Positions 18,679-28,032 of a DNA stretch of 38,103 nucleotides are shown piece by piece. Within the stretch, counting starts at the first letter, position 1. Every line of letters starts with the position of its first letter. The position numbers were made by a program, and so were the translations under genes. This stretch comes from a virus, in the UHGV virus genome UHGV-0235457. One strand, written 5' to 3'. Under the pieces are notes generated by a model that was not told where the DNA came from, did not search any database, and saw only the letters and a program-made list of their open reading frames with translations.

Positions 18679-19181
18679 CAGCACAACTCCGCAAAGATTC
18701 GCGGGCGGCACAGAATGTCAGAGATGGCCCTGCTCACATCACGCCACAAATCCGATGTCTGTATATCCAGAGCGTCCGCCCGGCGGTCGCCCTTGTCCGT
18801 TGTGTCTGCATCACGATAACGCTCCAGAATCAGGGCGCGCGTGGTGGTATAAACAGCATTGCGCCAGTGCCAGAGATTGACGCTTTCTCCGTTAATTACG
18901 GGTGCCGGAACATCGGCCAGCGTCTGATGGCCAGCCGCCTGCTGTTCCTGCTGCCATGTTTCCAGCTCGCGGGTAACGTGTGCCACAGCTCCGGTGGCGG
19001 TATGCAGCAGGCGGGAGGTGGTCACGCGCCCCGGCAGTCGTACCGCCAGACGCAGCTCGCGCAACACAATATCCGGCCAGAATGCACCCGCTGAAATGCG
19101 GGTATCGCCATCATCGGTATCGGTGATGTCGTCCTCTGCGGGTCTGGGTTCAGTTCTGGCAACCATACTCATGGGGTTCAC
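18678..19181 (-). CDS. Head completion/stabilisation protein gpL-like
   Basis: 167 aa; synteny M-L-X. Confidence 0.8.
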   Translation of the reverse strand: MNPMSMVARTEPRPAEDDITDTDDGDTRISAGAFWPDIVLRELRLAVRLPGRVTTSRLLHTATGAVAHVTRELETWQQEQQAAGHQTLADVPAPVINGESVNLWHWRNAVYTTTRALILERYRDADTTDKGDRRADALDIQTSDLWRDVSRAISDILCRPRIFAELC

Positions 19182-19274
19182 TCCTGAAAAAAATCGGGCG
19201 GTGGGTGCGCGGTGTAAACGGTCACGGAGTCAAACCGGAACACCACGCACGCCGCCCGCTGACGGGGTCAGTCG

Positions 19275-20075
19275 TTAACCGCGCTTCGCCTTCTGCGTCG
19301 CGGTGGTTTTTCGTGTTGCAGGCTTCCGCGTTGTCTTTTTACTTTTGCTGCTTTCGTCCTGCGCCTGCTGTGCGCTGGCGTCTTCTGGTCCGGCTGCGGA
19401 ATCGGCTTTTTTCAGGGCGCGGGAAAGGGTTGCAATCTCGCGTTTCACACCTGCGTTCGGGTTCAGGTGCATCGCTTCGCGCAGCAGCTTCAGTGATGAG
19501 GCCATGTTGTCTGCATCGGTCAGACCACGACGGGCAAAGGCGCACGCCTTGCATAATTTGGCGCGCACTTCGTCCGGCATGTCCTGGTCGGTGACAATCT
19601 CCCGGAGGGTATCCAGTGGTTCGATAAAGGCGGACAAATCCGCGTCGGCATCCGTCCCGGCCTGCGTCAGTACCGGGTTGCAGATTTCTTCGGTCAGCAC
19701 TGTGGCAGCCGTACGGCCAAAGTTATCCGGCATAATGAGGTTATGACGGACCACATACGCACCAATACGCAACGCCAACGGAAGATTGCCGCAGTCAATC
19801 GCCCACACCATCAGCGTGGCAATCACTTCGTCCTGCTGCCCGCCGTCAGCCTCCAGCGTTCCCTCAATCCAGCCGGAAAAGTCCGGCAACAACTCTTTTT
19901 TGATGGCGGCTTTCGCGCTTCTGGCCTGTACGCCCTTAAGCCGGGCCTGTACCAGACGCAGACGATACAGCACCTCTTCATGCGCGGTACGCGCGGCATG
20001 GTCCACGCCTTCATTCGCCCGGCCTGCGCGCTGTGCCATCACGTTCTGCCAGTGTTGCTGTGCAGGAGTAATCAT
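19275..20075 (-). CDS. Terminase small (endonuclease) subunit gpM-like
   Basis: 266 aa; synteny N-M-L. Confidence 0.8.
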   Translation of the reverse strand: MITPAQQHWQNVMAQRAGRANEGVDHAARTAHEEVLYRLRLVQARLKGVQARSAKAAIKKELLPDFSGWIEGTLEADGGQQDEVIATLMVWAIDCGNLPLALRIGAYVVRHNLIMPDNFGRTAATVLTEEICNPVLTQAGTDADADLSAFIEPLDTLREIVTDQDMPDEVRAKLCKACAFARRGLTDADNMASSLKLLREAMHLNPNAGVKREIATLSRALKKADSAAGPEDASAQQAQDESSKSKKTTRKPATRKTTATQKAKRG

Positions 20076-20120
20076 TTTTTCTCTCCGTTACAGGCGGGCA
20101 TGATGCCCGCCGTGAGTTGA

Positions 20121-21173
20121 TTAGCTGTCGGCGAACTTCAGGCCAGTGACCATCGCGCACTTGCCATAGTCTTCAACGACATAAGCGTCATTGATGGACT
20201 GGTAGGTGGCGATGCGGTTGTATTCCGGCTCGTCTTTCATCAGGCGACGCATTGAACCTTTCTGCCAGTAAATCGACAGGTTGTTGAACGAGGTGATAAG
20301 CATCGTTGCATCCGGGAAGAACGGCGCAAGGAACACGCCCAGCCCGCCAATGGTGCGCGATGACAGGATGAGCTGCCCGGCGAGTAATTCCGCATTGGGA
20401 TTCTGGCCGCTGATGCTGTTCAGCACGGGCAGACGCAGCGAGTTAAACAGGTTGCGCCCCATAATCACCACGAGGTCGTCAGCTTCCTTGTGCCATTCAT
20501 CCAGCAGGGATGAACGCGCGTCCTGTACCAGTGCATCAGCATTCGCATACTTACCCGCGTGCGCCACGGTGTTGTCCATGTTGCGGGAGGTCAGCGTCAC
20601 GTCATTCATAACGCGTTCGCTGGCGTCGGTTCTGATGTGCTCCAGCCAGCCCACGTTAACGTCCTGAAGCAGCTTGTTGGTGCTGAAGTTGGACTCATCC
20701 GCGTGAGACGTGCCGTTGAAACCGATCATGATGCGGTCAAGCGCCACCTGTCGGGCAATCTGTGCGCTGATGCGGGACTGAAAATCAGGGTGTGCCGACC
20801 AGGCATCAAGCTGCGGATACGAAATAAACGTGTCGTAGTTCACCTGTTCACACTGATATTTGCGGTTTTTCAGATCAACCACGTTATTCGGGTTACGGCG
20901 TTTTGTGCCGTCATAACTGGTATTCGTGCGTGCAATTGGCCCGGTGGTGTCCAGGAGGATTTTTTCGCCTTTCTGGTCGGTCACGCCGATCACGTTAATT
21001 CTTTTTGTAAATTCGGTGCTTTCCTTTGAGGCGTTTTCAAAACGCTGCTGCACCGAGGGTTCCACGGTAAATCGCGATACCAGTGCGGAAACCGGGATAT
21101 TATTAAGCGACGCCTGCTGCGCCATATAGCAACCCAGCTTGTTGCGGGTAATATCTGACATCACCAGATTCAT
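20121..21173 (-). CDS. Major capsid protein gpN-like
   Basis: 350 aa; FTVEPS and LSIY motifs as recalled for P2 N; AAAGGAG RBS. Confidence 0.9.
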   Translation of the reverse strand: MNLVMSDITRNKLGCYMAQQASLNNIPVSALVSRFTVEPSVQQRFENASKESTEFTKRINVIGVTDQKGEKILLDTTGPIARTNTSYDGTKRRNPNNVVDLKNRKYQCEQVNYDTFISYPQLDAWSAHPDFQSRISAQIARQVALDRIMIGFNGTSHADESNFSTNKLLQDVNVGWLEHIRTDASERVMNDVTLTSRNMDNTVAHAGKYANADALVQDARSSLLDEWHKEADDLVVIMGRNLFNSLRLPVLNSISGQNPNAELLAGQLILSSRTIGGLGVFLAPFFPDATMLITSFNNLSIYWQKGSMRRLMKDEPEYNRIATYQSINDAYVVEDYGKCAMVTGLKFADS

Positions 21174-21196
21174 AAAAAATTTGCTCCTTTGTCTTA

Positions 21197-22033
21197 TCAG
21201 AAGTCAGCCAGCTGGTCGGAGGCTGCGCCCGTTGCGGTGAACCGGTTCTGCGGATCGCCGTCCTGCGTGCGCAGTTTTTCCTTCAGTGCTGCCAGCTCTG
21301 TGGTCAGTGACGTAATTTTCTGGCGGTCCTGCTGATGGCGGGTTTCCAGCACATTAAAACGGTCGATAATGTCGGCCTGTGACGTTGCGACGCCTTCCAC
21401 CGCTTCCTGAATACGGGAAAAACTGGCGTCATCCGCTTTGCGGCCACGGCCAATAATTCCCATTACGCGGTTAAACCACTGGGTGCCTTCTTCCTGGCGT
21501 TGTTCTGCCATTTCGATGATTTCAGACTCGATGGCTTCGGAGATAAGCGGTGCTTCACCCTGGATACTGTTGAACGTCATCACTGCCTGACGTTGCTGTG
21601 CCGTGAATTTCAGGCGCTCAGTGCCCAGGCTTGCCGGGGTGTCGGTCATCGCCAGCCCGACCAGATAGGCGCGCCCGTTAACGGAGAACTGCGGGTGCAG
21701 TTCGATACTGGAATAGATTTTCTTGCCGTCAGCGACAAGCTGCTTCATGCGCTCGGTCGGTTCGATTTCTGCATACAGCGCAGTACGTCCGGCCAGCGGG
21801 CCTTCCGTAATATCTTCCGTACTCAGCGCGGTGACATCGCCCATTGCGGAAAATTCGCTTGACGGGCATGGCGAGAGATAGTGCTCAACGTTCACGCGGG
21901 CAGCGTAAACATCCGGGTTGAAGTTCTCGGCAGCTTCACGCAGATGTACCGGACTGATTTCGCGTCCATCAACAGTTGATCCGGAGACAGCCACGCGAAA
22001 CTTTTTGCGGGATGTCTTTTTTTCATTAGCCAT
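21197..22033 (-). CDS. Capsid scaffolding protein gpO-like
   Basis: Start set at ATG 22033 (GAGGGG RBS) rather than 22066; KKFRVAVSGSTVDGREIS resembles P2 O N-terminus as recalled. Confidence 0.8.
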   Translation of the reverse strand: MANEKKTSRKKFRVAVSGSTVDGREISPVHLREAAENFNPDVYAARVNVEHYLSPCPSSEFSAMGDVTALSTEDITEGPLAGRTALYAEIEPTERMKQLVADGKKIYSSIELHPQFSVNGRAYLVGLAMTDTPASLGTERLKFTAQQRQAVMTFNSIQGEAPLISEAIESEIIEMAEQRQEEGTQWFNRVMGIIGRGRKADDASFSRIQEAVEGVATSQADIIDRFNVLETRHQQDRQKITSLTTELAALKEKLRTQDGDPQNRFTATGAASDQLADF

Positions 22034-22187
22034 AGTTTTTGCCCCTCTGACTGGTTCTTCAGTCATGATGGCAAAGCGTAACAGGCTGATACAAAGGGCT
22101 TTTGTTGTAAGAAAACGGCCAGAACAGGGGGTTAAGGAGAACGGTTTCGCGCGCGGGTAATCTTCCTGTAATTACTCAGGGGGAGCA
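22034..22187. promoter_or_regulatory. Divergent late promoter region between scaffold and terminase operons
   Basis: 154 bp non-coding between divergent starts; by synteny with P2 PP/PO; no motif asserted. Confidence 0.35.
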
Positions 22188-23939
22188 ATGATTCAGGACG
22201 CTTTTGTGCGCCAGCGTGCGCGTCAACTTTACTGGCAGGGTTATCCGCCCGCAGAAATATCACGTCTGATGGGAATAAACCCGAACACGATTTATGCGTG
22301 GAAAAAACGCGACCAGTGGGATGAAACGCCACCCGTGCAGCGTGTCACGCAGTCCATCGATGCGCGCCTCATCCAGCTCACTGAAAAACAGAATAAAACA
22401 GGTGGTGACTTCAAGGAAATAGACCTGCTGACCCGGCAGCTTAAAAAACTGCATGATGGCCAGCCGGATGCGGCGGCCACAGGAAAGAAAGGCCGGGCGA
22501 AAAAACTCAAAAATCATTTCACGCCGGAACAGATTGCCGCACTGCGGGAAAAAATCATCAGCAGGCTGGAGTGGCATCAGCGGGGCTGGTTTGACTCCCT
22601 GACCCTTTGCAGGGAAGCCGGGATACGTAACAGGATGATCCTGAAATCCCGACAGATTGGGGCGACCTGGTATTTTGCACAGGAAGCTCTGCTGATGGCG
22701 CTGCGTGACGATGTGGCGCAACCTTACCAGCGTAACCAGATTTTTTTGTCTGCTTCGCGTCGTCAGGCGTTCCAGTTTAAAAGCATTATTCAGAAGGCTG
22801 CGGCTGAAGTTGATGTGGAGCTGAAAGGGGGCGATAAAATCATCCTCTCCAACGGCGCAGAGCTGCATTTTCTCGGCACTTCTGCTGCGTCGGCACAGTC
22901 CTATACGGGCAATTTTTATTTTGATGAATTTTTCTGGGTCAGTCGCTTTGCTGAACTGCGCAAGGTGGCTGGCGCTATGGCAACCCTCAGCGGACTGCGG
23001 CGCACCTACTTCTCCACGCCATCCACCGAAACGCACGAGGCATACGCCTACTGGAACGGCGACCGCTGGAACGAGAAAAAGGCCTCGCATAAACGCCAGC
23101 GTTTTTCTGTTGACTGGAAAACGCTGCATAACGGGCTTATCTGCCCTGACCGGACGTGGCGGCAAATTGTCACGCTGGAAGATGTGGTTAATCACGGCTG
23201 GAAACACACCGATATTGACGAAATCCGTGATGAAAACACCGAAGACGAGTTCCTCAATCTCTATATGTGTGAGTTTGTCCGCGAAGGGGAATCGGCATTT
23301 AACCTGAATATCCTGATTGGCTGCGGTGTTGACGGATACGACGACTGGAAAGACTGGAAACCTTTTGCTCCCCGCCCGATGGGGAATCGGGCGGTATGGA
23401 TTGGGTATGACGCAAACGGCAGCAGTGGCAACGGCGACAGCGGCGCTGTGTCCGTGGTGGTTCCTCCGGCTGTTCCTGGTGGCCGTTTTCGAACGGTGGA
23501 GACGCGACGCGTTCAGGGGCTGGAGTTTGAAGAACAGGCCAGAGTCATTGAAGAGTTCACGTGTCGCTACAACGTGGAACACATCGGCATTGATGTGACG
23601 GGCGGGAACGGGGAGGCTGTTTATCAGATAGTGAAACGGTTTTTCCCTGCTGCTATTCCGTACACCTTCACGCTGTCATCAAAACGGTCGCTGGTACTGA
23701 AAATGCTGCAAATAATGCGTGCCGGGCGGTGGGAATACGATCGCGCCGAACGCGAGCTGGTCGCGGCCTTTAACGCCGTGCGTAAGGTGAAAACACCGGG
23801 CGGCTTTATCACTTACGAAACGGACCGCGCGAGGGGGATCAGCCACGGCGACCTTGCGTGGGCAACCATGCTTGCTGTCATTAACGAACCGATTGGCGGC
23901 GAAGGAGAAAACGAGCGTTTCACGGTTATGGAGTTCTGA
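22188..23939 (+). CDS. Terminase large (ATPase) subunit gpP-like
   Basis: 583 aa; GGGGGAG RBS. Confidence 0.9.
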   Translation: MIQDAFVRQRARQLYWQGYPPAEISRLMGINPNTIYAWKKRDQWDETPPVQRVTQSIDARLIQLTEKQNKTGGDFKEIDLLTRQLKKLHDGQPDAAATGKKGRAKKLKNHFTPEQIAALREKIISRLEWHQRGWFDSLTLCREAGIRNRMILKSRQIGATWYFAQEALLMALRDDVAQPYQRNQIFLSASRRQAFQFKSIIQKAAAEVDVELKGGDKIILSNGAELHFLGTSAASAQSYTGNFYFDEFFWVSRFAELRKVAGAMATLSGLRRTYFSTPSTETHEAYAYWNGDRWNEKKASHKRQRFSVDWKTLHNGLICPDRTWRQIVTLEDVVNHGWKHTDIDEIRDENTEDEFLNLYMCEFVREGESAFNLNILIGCGVDGYDDWKDWKPFAPRPMGNRAVWIGYDANGSSGNGDSGAVSVVVPPAVPGGRFRTVETRRVQGLEFEEQARVIEEFTCRYNVEHIGIDVTGGNGEAVYQIVKRFFPAAIPYTFTLSSKRSLVLKMLQIMRAGRWEYDRAERELVAAFNAVRKVKTPGGFITYETDRARGISHGDLAWATMLAVINEPIGGEGENERFTVMEF

Positions 23940-24985
23940 TGAGCAGAAAAAATAAAAAAGTGCGAATGAGTTCACGCATTGATCTCGCTGATGCGCTCAG
24001 GAAAGAATCATCGCTCAGTGCATTCACATTTGATGGTCCTTATCGCCTGACCGGGCATGACCTGCTGGACAATATGTACTGTGCTGATAACGGGCGGTGG
24101 TATGAAACCCCGGTGGACTGGTACGGTCTGGCAAGAGCAGCCCGGCAAACGTCCTGGCATCAGTCTGCGCTTTACTTTAAGCGCAATGTATTACTCGGTT
24201 GCTACATCCCGCACCCGCTGCTTTCCCGGCAGGATTTCTCGGCGCTGGCGCTGGACTGGTTTGTGTTCGGTAACGCATTCCTTGAGCTTAGAAGCAATAT
24301 GCTCGGCGAACCGCTTAAATTACGGCACGCACTGGCGAAATACATGCGACGCGGAAGCGATCTTGAATCATGGTGGTATGTGCAGGATGGCAAGGACGCG
24401 TTCCAGTTTCGCCCTGGCAAAGTGTGCCACCTGATAAATCCGGATATTAACCAGGAAATTTACGGCATGCCGGAATATCTTGGCGCATTACTCTCGGCCA
24501 GCCTGTCTCATTCGGCGGACATGTTCAGAAAACTGTATTACGACAATGGATCCCACGCCGGGTGCATCATCTACATCGGAGCAGCGCAGGTAAACCGCGA
24601 AAGCATGGACTCCCTGAAAGAAACGTTACAGGGTGCGCGTGGTGGTGGCGCGTTTAAAAACGTGCTCATCCATGCGCCCAACGGGGGCAAAGAGGGGGTG
24701 CAAATTTTGCCGTTCCAGCAGATCACCGCAAAGGATGAGTTCATGAATGTTAAGGCGGCATCCCGTGATGATGTGCTGGCTGCGCACCGCGTTCCGCCGC
24801 AACTGATGGGGGCGATGCCGGGCGAAAAAAGTGCGTTTGGTGATGTGGAGAAGGCCGCGCGGGTTTACGCAATTAACGAGCTGATGCCCGTCATGGAGGC
24901 CATGAAGCACATCAATGACTGGCTTGGCGAAGAGGTGATCCGCTTTAACCCTTACGCACTGTTAGACACCCAGCCCACATCCTGA
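23939..24985 (+). CDS. Portal protein gpQ-like
   Basis: 348 aa; start overlaps terminase stop (TGATG). Confidence 0.85.
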   Translation: MSRKNKKVRMSSRIDLADALRKESSLSAFTFDGPYRLTGHDLLDNMYCADNGRWYETPVDWYGLARAARQTSWHQSALYFKRNVLLGCYIPHPLLSRQDFSALALDWFVFGNAFLELRSNMLGEPLKLRHALAKYMRRGSDLESWWYVQDGKDAFQFRPGKVCHLINPDINQEIYGMPEYLGALLSASLSHSADMFRKLYYDNGSHAGCIIYIGAAQVNRESMDSLKETLQGARGGGAFKNVLIHAPNGGKEGVQILPFQQITAKDEFMNVKAASRDDVLAAHRVPPQLMGAMPGEKSAFGDVEKAARVYAINELMPVMEAMKHINDWLGEEVIRFNPYALLDTQPTS

Positions 24986-25476
24986 CGCGCTTCGCTTGTC
25001 TGCTGCTTCGCCGGGGCATAAAAAATTTATGCCCCGACTCTCCAGCTCCTGTATCAGTCAGATAATTTCACGACGCCTTCCGGTTTATCGCCACCATCGA
25101 CGGTCAGACTCTTACGCAATCCCACCGCGTTGACTGCATGTTCTCGCCGCCTCAGTGCGATTTTGACGGCCTTACCTTTCACCCCATCAAATCAGAATCC
25201 CTCACGTCTTTTTCACGCTCAGCGTGAGAAATACGGCCATTCTGTCGTGTCGCTGCGACATCGTTAAGGGAACGCTATTTACCCCCTGAAACGCGGGCTG
25301 TTCCCCCGTCACCTGCGCGCAGAAAAAACGCGTTTTTTTGTGCACGCACGGATCCTTGACGGATCCAGCCGCCACGCGGGCTGGAAGGGTAAAAAGTCGT
25401 TCAAAAAAATTGTGCAAATTTGTGCACTATTGTGCATTGAAATAAACGCCCTGGAAGAGGGCGTTTTGGCTCATTT
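24986..25476. other. Non-coding region expected to contain cos, between portal gene and end of the early/accessory operon
   Basis: Position equivalent to cos in the P2 prophage map; palindromes present (GGGGCATAAA-N3-TTTATGCCCC at 25017-25039); exact cos ends not identified. Confidence 0.3.
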
Positions 25477-25818
25477 CTATAGCTTTGATGCAGGCTGGGC
25501 TAGATGTAAGGGTTGGACATACCAGCCTTTTGATAACCAACTCTCTGCAACATCTTTACTCCTTGTTATTGCTGGTATTCCGATGCCGTTATTTACATGC
25601 ATCCATGCTACTGGCTCTGCTTCCAGCGATGCCAGCACAATTCGTGCCAGCTCACGCACTACTTCCGGGGGCGCGTAACGGTCATTCAGGTCATCCCACA
25701 GGCGTAGCATGTTATCGCTACCAGGGTGAACATCCTCGTTAGTTCCGGCAAGCGCACTAATAACCTCATCGGCTGCCTCAATAATTTTCAGAGCTTGTTC
25801 TCTGGTAATAGTGGTCAT
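25477..25818 (-). CDS. Hypothetical protein, last gene of accessory operon
   Basis: 113 aa; 4-bp overlap with upstream gene. Confidence 0.55.
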   Translation of the reverse strand: MTTITREQALKIIEAADEVISALAGTNEDVHPGSDNMLRLWDDLNDRYAPPEVVRELARIVLASLEAEPVAWMHVNNGIGIPAITRSKDVAESWLSKGWYVQPLHLAQPASKL

Positions 25819-26024
25819 TTGTTAATCCTCAAAACTTTATGCCCGGGCGCAAAAGCACGCGTTTTGTCTTGACTTATTCGCCACCCGTCTTTACGGGCCT
25901 CTTTTGCACAGCCAGCCCATGACGTACCGATATATTCACCAAAGTCTGGCGTTTGATATTTACCATTTGTACACTGGCGACAATCACAATAGAGATGCAT
26001 GGTGTAACTTGCGGCAATAGCCAT
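25815..26024 (-). CDS. Hypothetical small Cys-containing protein (CxCxxC)
   Basis: 69 aa; translationally coupled to neighbours. Confidence 0.5.
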   Translation of the reverse strand: MAIAASYTMHLYCDCRQCTNGKYQTPDFGEYIGTSWAGCAKEARKDGWRISQDKTRAFAPGHKVLRINK

Positions 26025-26025
26025 A

Positions 26026-26340
26026 TCAGTCTCCTTTGATGCCAGTGTTTACAACCTGACAAGCCTCTTTGAGCACCCAGTCAACAGCGTCTTTCCATGC
26101 TCCGGTTTCGGCTGGCGGATTCTCACGCTTTACCAGTTCATAGAAATGTACTGCTCTAACCAGTCCATCTGACGGTTTTGCCTGTAGTGCAGCCTGAGCT
26201 ATGCGGTATGCCTGGAGCATACGGGCGTCGTTGATATCCATTCCGAACGGAATTTCTGATGATTGTGACTCTGCATCTTCAAGCCTGGCAATTTCTTTAC
26301 GTAAGAAGTATTTCAACTCTTGTTTCTGTTTTCTGTTCAT
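26026..26340 (-). CDS. Hypothetical protein
   Basis: 104 aa; overlaps upstream gene stop. Confidence 0.5.
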   Translation of the reverse strand: MNRKQKQELKYFLRKEIARLEDAESQSSEIPFGMDINDARMLQAYRIAQAALQAKPSDGLVRAVHFYELVKRENPPAETGAWKDAVDWVLKEACQVVNTGIKGD

Positions 26341-26669
26341 GCGTTTTTTTCCTTTTTGTCTGTCACTTCTTTCCTGATAATTTCATTGCACAAATCCACG
26401 CACTCATTGCAGATGTAAACAGACGGTCCGGCAATCACCTTTGTGACTTCGTACTGGGATTTATTGCAGAAACTGCAATAAACCGTCTTCTCGCCTGAAG
26501 TCCATGTTTTGCTGGTTTCGCCAGACATCAGTTGTTTGAGGTCTTTTTCACGACGAAGAACTATCTGGCCACATTCAGCTATTTTTTGGATGTTGACATT
26601 TTCTTCTTTCGCCAGCGCTTCCATCCGCTCAATCAGTCGCTGCGCTTTTTCTCTGTCAATGTGTTGCAT
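26337..26669 (-). CDS. Protein with C-terminal ClpX-type zinc-binding domain
   Basis: [38 protein letters not shown] closely parallels the ClpX N-domain C4 motif as recalled; AAGGGGGA RBS. Confidence 0.75.
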   Translation of the reverse strand: MQHIDREKAQRLIERMEALAKEENVNIQKIAECGQIVLRREKDLKQLMSGETSKTWTSGEKTVYCSFCNKSQYEVTKVIAGPSVYICNECVDLCNEIIRKEVTDKKEKNA

Positions 26670-26732
26670 TGTGTCCCCCTTGTTTATGCTCCCGGGTTAA
26701 AGTCATCAGGGCGGATGCGCCCTGATGTTGTG

Positions 26733-27044
26733 TTATTCGGGAAATAACGCCCGGATATTTCCGGCCATCTGACTGGTTATCTGTGCGGCTGATACTGGCT
26801 GTGACGCGGGGCGTTCTGTCCTGGTTTGTGTCATTGATAACGCCTCATCATCAGCCCATGCAGCCAGTCGGTAAGCCTCTGCCGGATTCATTTTCAGTAG
26901 TGCCAGCCCGGCCAGAAAAGCCACGCGTTGACCACTTTTGCGGGCTTCTGGTGTAAGGCTGTCCAGCCAGGCGCATGCTTCGCCTTCGTTCTTGACGGCG
27001 GCGGGCTTCAGATAGAAACTTATCCGTCTGGTTGGTGTCGTCAT
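26733..27044 (-). CDS. ParR-like centromere-binding adaptor
   Basis: Internal ATG 27044 with AAGGAG; RRISFYLKP, LDSLTPEARK, FLAGLAL and C-terminal IRALFPE parallel plasmid R1 ParR as recalled. Confidence 0.6.
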   Translation of the reverse strand: MTTPTRRISFYLKPAAVKNEGEACAWLDSLTPEARKSGQRVAFLAGLALLKMNPAEAYRLAAWADDEALSMTQTRTERPASQPVSAAQITSQMAGNIRALFPE

Positions 27045-27048
27045 TGGT

Positions 27049-28008
27049 TTACTCCTTGTCCATTGCGTACAGCCCATTAACCAGAGCAAACTGTGGCACC
27101 CCGTCCGCGATGAAAGTCGCATTAACTCCGCAGGCTTCGCGGATAGCGGGTGCCACAATCTCTGCCCCGCCACCGACAACCATCACCCGCCCGTAACCCG
27201 AAAAACCCGCCAGCGCGCGGATCACGCGTTGTTTCAGTGTTTCTTCCTTTTCACGAATAACCGCCATCAGGCTGGCGTAATGCGCGTCATTGTGGATGTG
27301 CTGGCGCAGCCAGGCTTCATCATGGCGATGTTCGATAATGGTATTGGCGATGTGGTGACTGGTACGCATACCGTTAGTGGCCATCACCGACAGTACGGCA
27401 TCGGCCATCAGGGAAACGCCTACGTGTGGATCGCAAAACACCTGGCTGATACCTGCCAGTTGTCCCTGAACCTTTGCCACATCCAGCGTGGTTCCGCCTA
27501 AATCCACAATCAGCAGGGATTCAAACGGACTCATGTCAGCCAGTGCTTTAAAACCAGCCGGTATGGATTCAGGCATAACCCGTACGTTACGGATAGTGAA
27601 TGCTTTTCCGTTCTGGTACGCCACCGGGCGCATGACGTTTGCTTTTTTGCGGTTGATGTTGGCTATGTCCGGCTGTGCGTTTGTGTCGAAATACTCGCTC
27701 AGTGGCAGGGTGACAACCACATCCACCTCCTGTGGCGTGATGCCTGATTTGACCAGCGCGTGATGAATGGCAATGACATTCACATCGCTGTACTGGTATT
27801 GCGTATCGGTCGTCTGGACAAAGCGATCGCTGACCGGATCAAAACCATAGCGCACGCCATCAAGCATGTAGTTCGCGGGCTGCGTGCCACCGAACGGCGC
27901 AGACCATTCCGACTTGAAGCTGTTCGGGCTGATGGCGTTGCGGCGTTCGCCGTTCTCAGTCCATGCCAGCTTGATGTTGGTGGAGCCGTCGTCGATACAA
28001 ATTTTCAT
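27049..28008 (-). CDS. ParM/StbA-like actin-family ATPase
   Basis: IDDGSTNIKL (phosphate 1), DLGGTTLD (phosphate 2), VVGGGA (adenosine) motifs; 319 aa; N-terminus parallels R1 ParM as recalled. Confidence 0.75.
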   Translation of the reverse strand: MKICIDDGSTNIKLAWTENGERRNAISPNSFKSEWSAPFGGTQPANYMLDGVRYGFDPVSDRFVQTTDTQYQYSDVNVIAIHHALVKSGITPQEVDVVVTLPLSEYFDTNAQPDIANINRKKANVMRPVAYQNGKAFTIRNVRVMPESIPAGFKALADMSPFESLLIVDLGGTTLDVAKVQGQLAGISQVFCDPHVGVSLMADAVLSVMATNGMRTSHHIANTIIEHRHDEAWLRQHIHNDAHYASLMAVIREKEETLKQRVIRALAGFSGYGRVMVVGGGAEIVAPAIREACGVNATFIADGVPQFALVNGLYAMDKE

Positions 28009-28032
28009 GTCGCTTTTCCTTATGTTGAATAA

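Noticed and set aside
22034-22187. Ogr-type TGT-N12-ACA late promoter dyad
   Set aside because: Only TGT-N15-ACA-like spacing found by eye, so no specific site is asserted
22260-23582. 440-aa minus-strand ORF overlapping the terminase large subunit gene
   Set aside because: Antisense to a well-supported conserved gene; junk-like composition
25202-25417. 71-aa minus-strand ORF in the cos-containing intergenic region
   Set aside because: No RBS, runs through palindromes, no coupling to neighbours
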